Shown here piece by piece: positions 52,290-61,804 of a stretch of 64,000 bases of DNA. The notes beneath the pieces are model-generated. The model was not told the DNA's origin, ran no database searches, and saw only the letters and a program-made list of their open reading frames with translations. Every line of letters starts with the position of its first letter. Positions within the stretch are counted from its first letter, which is position 1. A program made the position numbers and the translations under genes. Source of the DNA: an uncultured Pseudomonadota bacterium (GTDB lineage Bacteria; Pseudomonadota; Gammaproteobacteria; Burkholderiales; SG8-39). Location of the stretch: NCBI GenBank assembly GCA_963834845.1, contig CAWICY010000004.1:2649530-2713529 (forward strand), read 5' to 3'.

Positions 52290-53399
52290 ATGTGGAGCCG
52301 CATCCTCGCGCTGGTAATCAAGGAGTTCCTCGCGCTGCTCAAGGACAGGCAGGAGCCGGGTGGTGCTGATCGTGCCGCCGCTCGTCCAGCTGCTGGTGTT
52401 CGGCTATGCCGCGACCTTCGACCTGAAGCAGGTGCCTTACGCGCTGTACAACGAGGATGCGGACCCGGCGGGCGGCGGCTGGTGGCGATGCTGCGCGGAT
52501 CAAGCAGCTTCAGCGAGGCGGCGACGGTGTCATCGATCGACGAGATGGCGCCGCTGGTCGACGCGAGGAAGGTGCTGCTGGTGATCCACGTCGATGCGCG
52601 CTTCACCCGCGACCTGCTGGCGGGCAAGCCGGCCAGGCTGCAGCTGATCGTCGACGGCCGCAACTCGAACACCGCGCTCATCGCGGTCGGCTACGTGCGC
52701 CAGATCGTCGGCCGCTTCAACCGCGAGTGGTCGGCCGAGCAGGGGCTGCCCGCGCCGCCCGCCGCGCTCGAGACGCGCGCCTGGTTCAATCCGAACCTGG
52801 AGAGCCGCTGGTTCTTCCTGCCGGGCATCGTCGGCATCCTGACGCTGCTCATCACCATGCTGGTCACCGCGCTGTCGGTGGCGCGCGAGCGCGAGCAGGG
52901 GACCTTCGACCAGCTGCTGGTGACGCCGATGCGCCCGGTGGAAATACTCATCGGCAAGGCCCTGCCGGGGTTCATCATCGGCATCCTCGAGGCGACGGCG
53001 ATCATGCTGATCGCCGTGCTGTGGTTCCGCATTCCGCTGCTCGGCAGCGTGGCGACGCTGTATGCCGGGCTCGCGCTGTTCCTGTTGTCGGCGGTCGGCA
53101 TCGGGCTGATGATCTCTTCGCTCGCGGTCACCCAGCAGCAGGGGCTGCTGGGCGCGTTCCTGTTCATGGTCCCCGCGGTCATCCTGTCGGGCTTCGCCAC
53201 GCCGATCGCCAACATGCCGACGGCGATCCGGCTCATCACCCTGGTCGATCCGCTGCGCTATTTCCTGGTGATCCTGCGCAAGCTGTTCCTCGAAGGCGCG
53301 CCGGCTTCATCGCTGGTGCACCAGCTCTGGCCGATGGCGCTGATCGGCGCGGCGAGCATGGCGCTCGCCGGCTGGCTGTTCCGCCACCGCATGTACTGA
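52290..53399 (+). pseudogene. ABC-2 type permease (YbhR-like); ORF stays open but contains a +1/-1 frameshift pair that scrambles ~40 codons
   Basis: Residues KDRQ then EPGGADRAAARPAAGVRLCRDL... are non-membrane-like. The alternative frame (ORF 52360-52584) reads the expected RVVLIVPPLVQLLVFGYAATFDLKQVPYALYNEDADPA. Extra g ~52353; missing nucleotide ~52468-52475. Confidence 0.7.
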
Positions 53400-53408
53400 G
53401 CGCGCGCC

Positions 53409-54593
53409 ATGCGGGACTACACCGAAGGCGCGCGCGAGCTGGTGGAGCGCGCCGAGCGCGAGTCGCTCGCGCTGCTGCGCGACAACCTCGGGCCGGGCGG
53501 CATTCTCGCCGCGGGGCGCGGCACGCAGGCGAGCCGGCGCGGCTACGACGTGGTGTTCGCGCGCGACGCGGCGGTGTGCGCGCTGGCGATGACGCTCGCC
53601 GGCGAGGCGCGGCTCGAGCGCGGCGCGGCCGCGGGCCTTGCCACGCTTGCCGAGCGCCAGGCGGCCAACGGGCAGATCCCGAAATTCGTCGACCGGGCTT
53701 CGGGCAGCGGCGATTTCTGGTACGTCGGCTGCATCGACGCCACGCTGTGGTGGCTGGTCGCGCTGCGCTGGCTCGAGCGGCACGGGGTGCAGCGCCGCCT
53801 GCTCGGCAGGCTCGCGCCGCACGCGGCGCGCGCGCTCGCCTGGCTCGCGGCGCAGGAGCATCCGAGGATCGGCCTGCTGCAGCAGAACGAGGCGAGCGAC
53901 TGGGCCGACATCATGCCGCGCTCGGGCTTCGTGCTCTACAGCAACGCGCTGTGGTACCGCGTCAAGCGCCTGTACGGGCTCGCCGGCGCGGAGCTCACGC
54001 AACGGCATTTCAACCAGCTGTTCATGCCGAGCGACCGCGACGTCCCGGAGTACCGGCGCTTGCGTCTGCTGGCGCACTACGCGCGCCGCAAGCGCGGCTT
54101 TCCGGATCTCTATCTGAGCTTCGTCAACCTCGCCGCGGCGGGCGACGAGGGCGACGTGTTCGGCAACCTGCTCGCCGCGCTGTTCGGCCTCGCCGACGGC
54201 GCGCGCGTCGCGGCGATGCTGCGGGCGATCGGGCGCGCCCAGGCGGGCGCGCCGCACCCGGTGCGCGTCACCTGTCGGCCGATCCCGCCGGGCGATCCGC
54301 TGTGGCGGCCGTACATGAGCCGCCACCAGCAGAACTTCGAGCACCAGTACCACAACGGCGGCATCTGGCCGATGGTCGGCGGCTTCTGGGTGAGCGCGCT
54401 CGCGGCGGCCGGCAAGCGCCAGGCGGCGCGCGACGAGCTGCTGCGCCTGGCGCGCGCCAACGCGGTCAACGGCTGGGAGTTCAACGAATGGTTCCATGGC
54501 CTCACCGGGCGGCCGAGCGGCATGCCGCGCCAGTCGTGGAACGCGGCGACCTTCCTGCTTGCGCGCCGCGCGCTCGAGAAGAAGCTCTTCTAG
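53409..54593 (+). CDS. GH100-like (alkaline/neutral invertase / amylo-alpha-1,6-glucosidase-like) six-hairpin glycosidase family protein
   Basis: 394 aa, intact. ...GYDVVFARDAAV..., QIPKFV......DFWY.GCIDATLWW, ...QNEASDWADIMPRSG.VLYSNALWY, ...YHNGGIWPMVGGFW..., ...EW.....G...G...QSWNAA. Confidence 0.7.
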   Translation: MRDYTEGARELVERAERESLALLRDNLGPGGILAAGRGTQASRRGYDVVFARDAAVCALAMTLAGEARLERGAAAGLATLAERQAANGQIPKFVDRASGSGDFWYVGCIDATLWWLVALRWLERHGVQRRLLGRLAPHAARALAWLAAQEHPRIGLLQQNEASDWADIMPRSGFVLYSNALWYRVKRLYGLAGAELTQRHFNQLFMPSDRDVPEYRRLRLLAHYARRKRGFPDLYLSFVNLAAAGDEGDVFGNLLAALFGLADGARVAAMLRAIGRAQAGAPHPVRVTCRPIPPGDPLWRPYMSRHQQNFEHQYHNGGIWPMVGGFWVSALAAAGKRQAARDELLRLARANAVNGWEFNEWFHGLTGRPSGMPRQSWNAATFLLARRALEKKLF

Positions 54594-55307
54594 AGCCCGA
54601 GGTAGGCCTGGCGCACGCGGTCGTCGTGCAGCAGCGCCTCTCCCGCGCCCGACATCACCACGGCGCCGTTCTCGAGCACGAAGGCGTGCTGCGAGATCTT
54701 GAGCGACACCGCTACGTTCTGCTCGACGAGCAGAATCGTCAGGCCTTTGTCGTGCAGCATGCGGATGGTGTGGAACACCTCCTGCACCACGGTCGGCGCC
54801 AGGCCGAGCGACGGCTCGTCGAACATGATCAGCTCGGGCTGGCCCATCAGGCAGCGGCCGATGGCGAGCATCTGCTGCTCGCCGCCGGACATGGTTCCCG
54901 CGAGCTGCCTGCGGCGCTCGGCGAGGCGCGGGAACAGCGCGTAGACCTCCTGCATCTGCTTCAGCCGCACGCCCACGCGCGCGCGGCAGCAGGCCGCCCA
55001 TCTCCAGGTTCTCCTCGACCGTGAGCGAAGGGAACACCTGGCGCCCTTCGGCCACCTGGCCGATGCCGAGGTTGCAGATCTGGTGGGATTCCAGCCCCGT
55101 GATGTCTCGCTGTTCGAACAGCACTTTTCCGGAGCGCGCCCGCTCGATTCCCGCGATCGCGCGGATCAGCGAGGACTTGCCGGCGCCGTTGGCGCCGACG
55201 ATGGCGACGATCTCGCCCTTGGGAACCTCGAGCGACACGCCGGCTAGCGCCTGCGCGTCGCCGTAATAGAGGTCCAGGTCGCGCACGGAAAGCAGCGGCG
55301 CGCTCAT
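54590..55307 (-). pseudogene. livF: Branched-chain amino acid ABC transporter ATP-binding protein LivF, one frameshift
   Basis: The N-terminal half (MSAPLLSVRDLDLYYGDAQAL.GVSLEV.KGEIVAIVGANGAGKSS...TVEENLEMGG) and the C-terminal half (VRLKQMQEVYALFPRLAERR.Q.AGTMSGGEQQMLAIGR...MFDEPSLGLAP) are in different frames. The junction is in the CGCGCGCG run at ~54975-54985. Confidence 0.8.
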
Positions 55308-56027
55308 ACGCTCGTGTCCTCGCCCAGGTAGCACTCGAGCACCGCGGGGTCGTGCACCACCTCGCCTGGCGCGCCGCGCGCGATGATCTCGCCGTGGTGC
55401 AGCACCACCACCTGCTCCGCGAGCGCCATCACGGCGCGCATGACGTGCTCGATGAGCAGGATCGTCAGGCCGCCGCGGTTCAGCTCGCGGAACACCTCGA
55501 CCATCTGGTCGCACTCGGTGGGCCGCAGGCCCGCCATCGCCTCGTCGAGCAGCAGCAGGCGAGGGCCGCGTGGCGAGCGCGCGCGCCACCTCGAGGCGCT
55601 TCCTGTCGGGCAGCGTGAGCGAGGAAGCGGGCAGGTCCTTCTTCGCGGCGAGATCGAGCCGGGCGAGGATGGCGAGCGCCCGCTCGCGCGCGCGTGGCAC
55701 GCTCGGCTCGCGTCGCAGGGCGCCGACGATCACGTTGTCGAGCACCGAGAGGCCGGCGAAGGGCTTGACGATCTGGAAGGTGCGCCCGATCCCGGCGCCA
55801 CAGATCTGGTCGGGTCGCAGGCCGTCGATCCTGCTGCCGGCAAACACGATTTCCCCTTCGTCCGGCGCGTACGCGCCGGCGGCCATGTTGAAGATGGTGG
55901 TCTTGCCGGCGCCGTTCGGTCCGATCAGTGCGACCAGGCCGCCCTCGGGCACTTCGAGCGAAGCGTTCGACACCGCGCGCAGGCCGCGGAAAGACTTGCC
56001 GAGCGAGCGGATCTCGAGCAGCGCCAC
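55304..56027 (-). pseudogene. livG: Branched-chain amino acid ABC transporter ATP-binding protein LivG, one frameshift
   Basis: GTG start. MALLEIRSLGKSFRGLRAV...LIGPNGAGKTT... up to EVARALATRP, then RLLLLDEAMAGLRPTE...LLIEHVM continues in another frame (ORF 55304-55537). The apparent extra nucleotide is at ~55562. Confidence 0.8.
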
Positions 56028-56028
56028 G

Positions 56029-57012
56029 TCAGGTCTTCCGCCTGATGCCGAGCTTGCGCGCGAGCGCCGGCCAGATGCCGTTCGGCAGGAACATCACCAC
56101 CAGCAGCAGCACCACGCCGTAGAACACCTGCTTCACGCCGGGGAACTCCAGGCCGACCGCGGCGAGCAGCTCGGTGATGCTGTCGGCGAGGATGGTGAGC
56201 ACCGCGGCGCCCAGGATCGGCCCGAACAGCGTGCCTACGCCGCCGATGATCGGCCCGAGGATGATCTCGATCGAGCGGCTGATGTGGAAGATCGTCTCCG
56301 GGAACAGGTTGTTGTAGTAGAAGGCGAAGAACACGCCGGAGAACGCGGTCATCGCGGCGCTGATCACCACCGCGAGCATCTTCCAGCGGAAGGTGTTGAT
56401 GCCGAGCGACTGCGCCGCCTCCTCGTTCTCGCGGATCGCCTGCCAGTAGTAGCCGGCGCGGCTGCGCAAGAGCCATGCGCACAGCGCGAACGCGCCCGCC
56501 GCGAGCGCCAGCATCACGTAGTAGAACATCACGGGGGGGCCGCGCAGGTTGAGCAGATCGGCGGCCTGGCGCTGACCGACCTTGAGGAACAGCCCGCCCG
56601 GCCCGCCGAGCCAGCCGATGTGGTCGAAGCCGATGCGGGTGAACTCGGCGAAGGCGATCGTCAGCAGGGCGAAGTACACGCCCGAGATGCCGAAGCGGAA
56701 GGCGAGAAAGCCGATCACCGCGCCCGCGGCGACGCACACGGCGATCGCCAGCCAGATTCCGGCCCAGGGTCCGATGCCGAAGTGGAAGAACAGCCCCGCC
56801 GCCGCGTAGGCGCCGAGTCCGACGTACAGCGAATGCCCGAGCGAGAGCTGCCCGGCGAAGCCCATCATCACGTTCCATGCCTGGCCGGTGAAGGCGAAGA
56901 ACAGGATCAGCGTCGCCACCGACAGCAGGTAGCTGCCCGCGAACAGCGGCAGCGCCAGCAGCGCGCCGGCCAGCAATGCGAGCAGCACCTCGGCGCGGCG
57001 GTTGCCGCTCAT
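56029..57012 (-). CDS. livM: Branched-chain amino acid ABC transporter permease LivM (apparently intact)
   Basis: About 327 aa. ...TGQAWNVMMGFAGQLSLGHSLYVGLGAYAAA... with hydrophobic segments throughout. The ATG overlaps the livH stop (ATGA). Confidence 0.82.
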   Translation of the reverse strand: MSGNRRAEVLLALLAGALLALPLFAGSYLLSVATLILFFAFTGQAWNVMMGFAGQLSLGHSLYVGLGAYAAAGLFFHFGIGPWAGIWLAIAVCVAAGAVIGFLAFRFGISGVYFALLTIAFAEFTRIGFDHIGWLGGPGGLFLKVGQRQAADLLNLRGPPVMFYYVMLALAAGAFALCAWLLRSRAGYYWQAIRENEEAAQSLGINTFRWKMLAVVISAAMTAFSGVFFAFYYNNLFPETIFHISRSIEIILGPIIGGVGTLFGPILGAAVLTILADSITELLAAVGLEFPGVKQVFYGVVLLLVVMFLPNGIWPALARKLGIRRKT

Positions 57013-57886
57013 GGCTTTCTCCCCAGCAGCCCCTGCGGGCGGAACAGCAGCACCAGGATCAGCAGCGCGAAGCTGAACATGCTCTTCGCCGAGGGCTGGA
57101 TGAACAGGCCCGCCAGCGCCTCCGACACGCCGATCAGCACGCCGCCGAGCAGCGCGCCCGCCCATCGAGCCGAGGCCGCCGACGATCACGATGACGAACG
57201 CGAGCAGCGTGTAGGACGGCCCGAGCGTGGGGGTGACGTCGACCAGCAGCGATCATCATGCAGCCGGCCACCGCGACGCAGGCCGCGCCCAGGCCGAAGG
57301 TGAGCGCGTAGTAGGCGCTTGACGTTCAGGCCCGACCACCTTGGCGCCGAGGTGGTTGTCGGCGCAGGCGCGGATCGCCTTGCCGGTGCGCGCGTAGCGG
57401 AAGAACGCGAACAGCGCGCTGCGGTCGCGAGCGATCGCTACGCCGGCGGCATAGACGCGCGCCTTGTCGAACAGGATCGGGCCCAGGGCCCAGGATTCGA
57501 GCTGGTAGTCGACCTGCACGTTGCGCGCGTCGGGGCCGAACGCCATCAGCAGCGCGTTCACCAGGATGATCGCGACCGCCACCAGCAGCATGAACTGCGA
57601 GTGCTCGGGCCGCGTGATGAACGGGTTGATCAGCCCGCGCTGCAGCAGCGTAGCCGAGGACGAAGAAGGCCGCAGCGACCGGGATCACGGCGAGGAAAGG
57701 GTCCAGCCGGAATGCCGTGAACAGGCCCACCGCGGCGTACATGGCGATGGTCATCATCTCGCCGTGCGCGAAGTTGACCACGCGCACCACGCCGAAGATC
57801 ACCGACAGGCCGAGCGCCATCAGCCCGTACACCAGGCCGGTGAGCACGCCCGCGAGGGCGACGTTGACGACGAGGTCTACCGCCAT
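57009..57886 (-). pseudogene. livH: Branched-chain amino acid ABC transporter permease LivH, about 5 frameshifts
   Basis: MAVDLVVNVALAGVLTGLVYGLMALGLSVIFGVVRVVNFAHGEMM... is readable. The protein then has to be followed through frame changes near 57651, 57330, 57315, 57250 and 57158 to reach ...FALLILVLLFRPQGLLGRKP*. Confidence 0.75.
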
Positions 57887-57944
57887 GGGACGAGAAAAAG
57901 GCCGGCCGACGGGGTCATCGGCCGGCCTTCGAGGGGCGGCGCTC

Positions 57945-59192
57945 CTAGGCCTTGTAGCTCGGCCAGGGGAATACCGGCTTCGCCTCGGCGGCTTCCGCGG
58001 GCAGCACCACCTTGGGCGTGCCGCCCAGGTTCTGCACGCAGGCCGAGAGGTTGCCCTCGACCTGGCCCTTGGCATTGAACTTGATCGGGCCGCCGAGCGC
58101 CACGCGGTCGGTGATGTTGGTCTGCCGGATGGCGTCGGCGAGCGCGCGCGCGTCGCTGCTGCGCGCGCGCTTGTAGCGCATCGGCAGCGATCAGGATCGC
58201 CTCGAAGGTGTAGGCAACGTTGATGGCGTGGAACACGAACTTCTCGCTCGGGTTCTGCTTCCTGAACGCCGCGTCGACGATCTTCGTCATGTTGGTCTTG
58301 GGGTTGTACCAGGGCGCGTTCGAAATGCAGTACTCGGCGTACTTGCCGAGCACCTTGGCGAACTGCTCCTCGTACATGCCGGGCGAGCCCGGGCTGATGA
58401 CGCCCATCGGATTCCAGCGCTGCTTCACCATCTCGCGGCGCAGGATGATCGAGTCGTTGCAGGCGGCACACCAGCAGCAGGAAATCGGCGTTCGCGGCCT
58501 TGGCCTTCGACACTTCGACCGTGAGGTCCTTGGCCGCCGGGTCGTAGGGCGACGCTCTCGATGATCTTGAACGGCAGGTTGGTCAGCCGCGGCAGGAAGG
58601 CGTTGATGCCCTTGGACATCGCCTGGCCGAAGGTGTCGTTGACGTGCATGAACACCGCGCTGCGCGGCGCGACGCTGGTCGCCTGGAACAGCGTCGCCGA
58701 TGATCGACGAGGCCGTTCCTCACCAGGTCGGGCGCGGTCGGGAAGTTGCGGAACACGAACTTGTAGCCCTGCTCGGTGATCTGCGGCGCGGCAGCGATGT
58801 TGACCACGTAGGGCACGCCGCGCTGCTCGGCGACCTGCGCGATGGCGGTCGGCTGCCCGGAGTCGAAGGCGCCGACCAGCACGTGCGCGCCTTCCTGGAT
58901 GAGGCGCTCTGCGCGCGTGCGCGCGGTGTCGACGTTGCGTTTCGGTGTCGGCGTTCATCAGCTCGATGTCTACGCCGAGCAGATTCTTGATCACGCCGGG
59001 CGCGAGGTCGGCGCCTTTCTGGCACGACTGGCCGATGAAGCCGAGGTAGCCCGAGCGCGGCAGCAGCACGCCGACCTTGAGCTTGGCGCCTTGCGCGCGC
59101 GCGATGCCGAATGGCGACAGCGCGGCGAGCACGCTGGTCGCGGCCGCCGCGGTATTGAACTTGCGGCGGTTCATGCCGGTGGAACGTTCCAT
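57945..59192 (-). pseudogene. livK: Periplasmic branched-chain amino acid-binding protein (LivK/LivJ family), about 5 frameshifts
   Basis: AGGAGGAGG RBS and a signal peptide. Family-like segments (KLKVGVLLPRSGYLGFIG, HVLVGAFDSGQPTAIAQVAEQRGVPYVV, SAVFMHVNDTFGQAM, NADFLLLVCRL, WNPMGVISPGSPGMYE, GPIKFNAKGQVEGN) are spread over three frames. Shifts fall near 58940, 58700, 58555, 58465 and 58178. Confidence 0.75.
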
Positions 59193-59250
59193 ATTGCCTC
59201 CTCCTGAGAGTGCCGGTTCATTCTACGCTGCCCGCTTGCTGCGGGGTAGA

Positions 59251-59269
59251 TTGTTATATACGATGACAA
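59251..59269. promoter_or_regulatory. AT-rich imperfect palindrome TTGTTATATACGATGACAA upstream of the MarR gene (candidate MarR operator, copy 1)
   Basis: Read directly, 27 nt upstream of ATG 59296. 15 of 19 positions are identical to the site at 63587-63605. Confidence 0.5.
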
Positions 59270-59295
59270 TTTCGCGGTCAACGCCGCGCCGCAAT

Positions 59296-59778
59296 ATGAG
59301 CAAGCCTCCCTCACCGCACCGGCCGCGTGCCCTGGCGCCGATCGAGCGCGTGCCGGGGGTCGACTACGGGGTGCTCGACGAGCTGCTCGGCTACTCGCTG
59401 CGCCGCGCGCAGGTGGCCATGTTCCTCGCCTTTCACCGCGCCACGCGCGGGCTCGAGATCACGCCGCCGCGCTTCAGCGCGCTGGTGATCATCGGCGCCA
59501 ACCCCGGCTTGAGCCAGTCCACTCTGGGCGCGGTGCTCGGCATCGCGCGCTCGGGGGCGATGCTGCTCGCCGACTGGATGGTCGAGCGCCGCCTGGTCGA
59601 GCGCCGCCGCCGCCCGGACGACGGCCGCGCCTGGGGCCTGCACCTCACGCGCCGCGGCGCCGAGCTGGTGGAGAAGATGAGGCGCGCGGTCGCGGCCGAA
59701 GACCGCCGCCAGGCGGCGCGCCTCAGCGCCGCCGAGCGCCGCGAGCTGCTGCGCCTGCTGGACAAGCTCGCAGGTTAG
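59296..59778 (+). CDS. MarR family transcriptional regulator
   Basis: 160 aa. ...LGYSLRRAQVAMFLAF......LEITPPRFSALVIIGANPGLSQSTLGAVLGIARSGAMLLADWMVERRLVERRR.PDDGRAWGLHLT.RG. Confidence 0.85.
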   Translation: MSKPPSPHRPRALAPIERVPGVDYGVLDELLGYSLRRAQVAMFLAFHRATRGLEITPPRFSALVIIGANPGLSQSTLGAVLGIARSGAMLLADWMVERRLVERRRRPDDGRAWGLHLTRRGAELVEKMRRAVAAEDRRQAARLSAAERRELLRLLDKLAG

Positions 59779-60536
59779 CGCGGCGCCATGCGCAGCGCAC
59801 CGTCCAGGCGGATCACCTCGCCGTTAAGCTGCACGTTGTCGATGATGTGCAGCGCGAGGCGGGCGAACTCTTCCGGCGTGCCGAGGCGCTTGGGGAAGGG
59901 AATCGACGCGGCGAGCGACTTCTGCACCTCGTCGGGCAGCGTGCCGAGCAGCGGCGTGAGGAAGATGCCGGGCGCGATGGTCATCACGCGCACGCCGAAC
60001 TGCGACAGATCCCGCGCCAGCGGCAGCGTCATCGAGACGATGCCGCCCTTGGAAGCCGAATACGCGACCTGCCCGATCTGGCCGTCGTAGGCCGCGACCG
60101 AGGACGTGTTGATCATCACGCCGCGCTCGCCGTCGGCGAGTGGGGGCATTGTAATCATGTCGGCGGCGGCGAGACGCATCATGTTGAAGCTGCCCACCAG
60201 GTTCACGTTGACTATCCTGGTGAAATGCTCGAGCGGCATCGCGCCATCCTTGCCCACCAGGCGCCGGGCCCCGCCGATGCCGGCGCAATTGACCAGAATC
60301 CGCGCCGGCCCGTGCGCGGCGCGCGCCTTGGCGACCGCGGCCTCGGCGCTCGGGCCGCTCGAGACGTCGCATTCGGCGAACACGCCGCCGATCTCCGCGG
60401 CGAGCTTGCTGCCGAGCTCGGCATTCACGTCGAGCAGCGCCACCCTGGCGCCCGCCGCGGCGAGCTTGCGCGCGGTGCCCGCGCCGAGTCCCGAGGCGCC
60501 GCCGGTGACCAGCGCAGCTTGTCCCTTGATTTCCAT
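59775..60536 (-). CDS. 3-hydroxyacyl-CoA dehydrogenase type II-like SDR
   Basis: MEIKGQAALVTGGASGLGAGTA..L, NCAGIG, YSASKGG (YxxxK), ...MTIAPGIF.TPLL...P...Q..L....PFP.RLG.P.EFA. Confidence 0.88.
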   Translation of the reverse strand: MEIKGQAALVTGGASGLGAGTARKLAAAGARVALLDVNAELGSKLAAEIGGVFAECDVSSGPSAEAAVAKARAAHGPARILVNCAGIGGARRLVGKDGAMPLEHFTRIVNVNLVGSFNMMRLAAADMITMPPLADGERGVMINTSSVAAYDGQIGQVAYSASKGGIVSMTLPLARDLSQFGVRVMTIAPGIFLTPLLGTLPDEVQKSLAASIPFPKRLGTPEEFARLALHIIDNVQLNGEVIRLDGALRMAPR

Positions 60537-60538
60537 GT

Positions 60539-61795
60539 TCAGCTCCCTTTGTTGAGGTTGGTATTCTCGAGCAGCAGCGCGATGCCCTGGCCGCCGCCGA
60601 TGCAGGCGGAGGCGATGCCGTAGCGCCCGTTGCTGCGCGCGAGCTCGCGCGCCACGGTGAGCGTGAGGCGCACGCCGGTCGCGGCGAGCGGATGGCCGAT
60701 CGCGATCGCACCGCCGTTGACGTTGACCCTGTCGCGGTCGATGCCCAGCTCGCGGATCACCGCCAGGCACTGCGCACCGAAGGCCTCGTTGATCTCGAAG
60801 CGGTCGATGTCCTGGAGCGCGAGGCCCGTGCCCTCGAGCAGCCGCCGGATCGCCGGCGCCGGTCCGATGCCCATGATCTCCGGCGGCACGCCGATCGCCA
60901 CGCCGCCGACCACGCGCGCCAGCGGCTTGCGGCCGCCCGATCTTGCGTACGCGCCCGACGACACCAGCGCCGCGGCGGCGCCGTCGACGATCGCCGAGCT
61001 GTTGCCGCCGGTTTGCACGCCGCCGAAGGCCGGCTTGATCTGCGCCAGCTGGTCCAGCGGCGAGGGCCGCGGGTGCGTGTCCTTGTCGACCTGGGCGAGC
61101 TTGGACGGGATGCGGATGCCGCGCGGATTGTAGCCCTGGAGCTCGAAGGTCTCGGTCCTCACCGGTGCGATCTCGCCGGCGAGGAAGCCGTCCTGCTGCG
61201 CAGCGAGCGCGCGCGCGAAGCTCTCGGCGGCGAACCGGTCGACTTCCTGGCGGGAGATCTTGTACTTCCTCGCCAGGTTCTCGGCGGTGTCGCCCATGGT
61301 GACGCTCGCCGCGGGGTCGAGCAGCGCCTCCCAGAGGAAGTCCTTGAATTCGATCTGTCCCATGCGAAAGCCGCCGCGGTGCGTGTAGGCGGCGACCGGG
61401 TTGCGGGTCATCGACTCCGCGCCGACGCACAGGCCGAGGTCGATCTGGCCGAGCTTGATCGCGTCGCCCGCGCGCAACACCAGCTCCATGCCGGTGCCGC
61501 ACACCCGCTGCGTGAGCGTGGCGGGCACCTCGAGCGGCACGCCCGAGTAAAGGCCGATGTGGCGCGGCAACATGTAGGCGTCGAAGCTCGCCTGCGCCAT
61601 GCTGCCGGCGAACACGTGGCCGACGTCCGCGGCGGGCACGCCGGAGCGCGCGAACGCCTCGCGCGCGGCCTTGATGCCCAGGTCGATCGGCGAGGCCTGG
61701 CCGAGCGCGTGGTTATAGTCGACAAACGGCGTGCGCACGCCGTCCAGCAGCCATACATCGTCGTATTGCGTGAACAGACCGCGTTTCCCGGCCAT
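60539..61795 (-). CDS. Thiolase (acetyl-CoA C-acyltransferase family)
   Basis: 418 aa. ...TLTQRVCGTGMEL (active-site Cys region), ...NVNGGAIAIGHPLAATG, ...ASACIGGGQGIALLLE. Confidence 0.9.
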   Translation of the reverse strand: MAGKRGLFTQYDDVWLLDGVRTPFVDYNHALGQASPIDLGIKAAREAFARSGVPAADVGHVFAGSMAQASFDAYMLPRHIGLYSGVPLEVPATLTQRVCGTGMELVLRAGDAIKLGQIDLGLCVGAESMTRNPVAAYTHRGGFRMGQIEFKDFLWEALLDPAASVTMGDTAENLARKYKISRQEVDRFAAESFARALAAQQDGFLAGEIAPVRTETFELQGYNPRGIRIPSKLAQVDKDTHPRPSPLDQLAQIKPAFGGVQTGGNSSAIVDGAAAALVSSGAYARSGGRKPLARVVGGVAIGVPPEIMGIGPAPAIRRLLEGTGLALQDIDRFEINEAFGAQCLAVIRELGIDRDRVNVNGGAIAIGHPLAATGVRLTLTVARELARSNGRYGIASACIGGGQGIALLLENTNLNKGS

Positions 61796-61804
61796 GACGG
61801 TTCC

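Noticed and set aside
53307-56027. 906-aa minus-strand ORF, the longest in this part of the window
   Set aside because: It is a chimera. Only short stretches are real (the livG N-terminus and the livF N-terminus). The rest is out-of-frame readthrough and antisense of the GH100-like gene. Stop codons are rare in every frame of GC-rich DNA.
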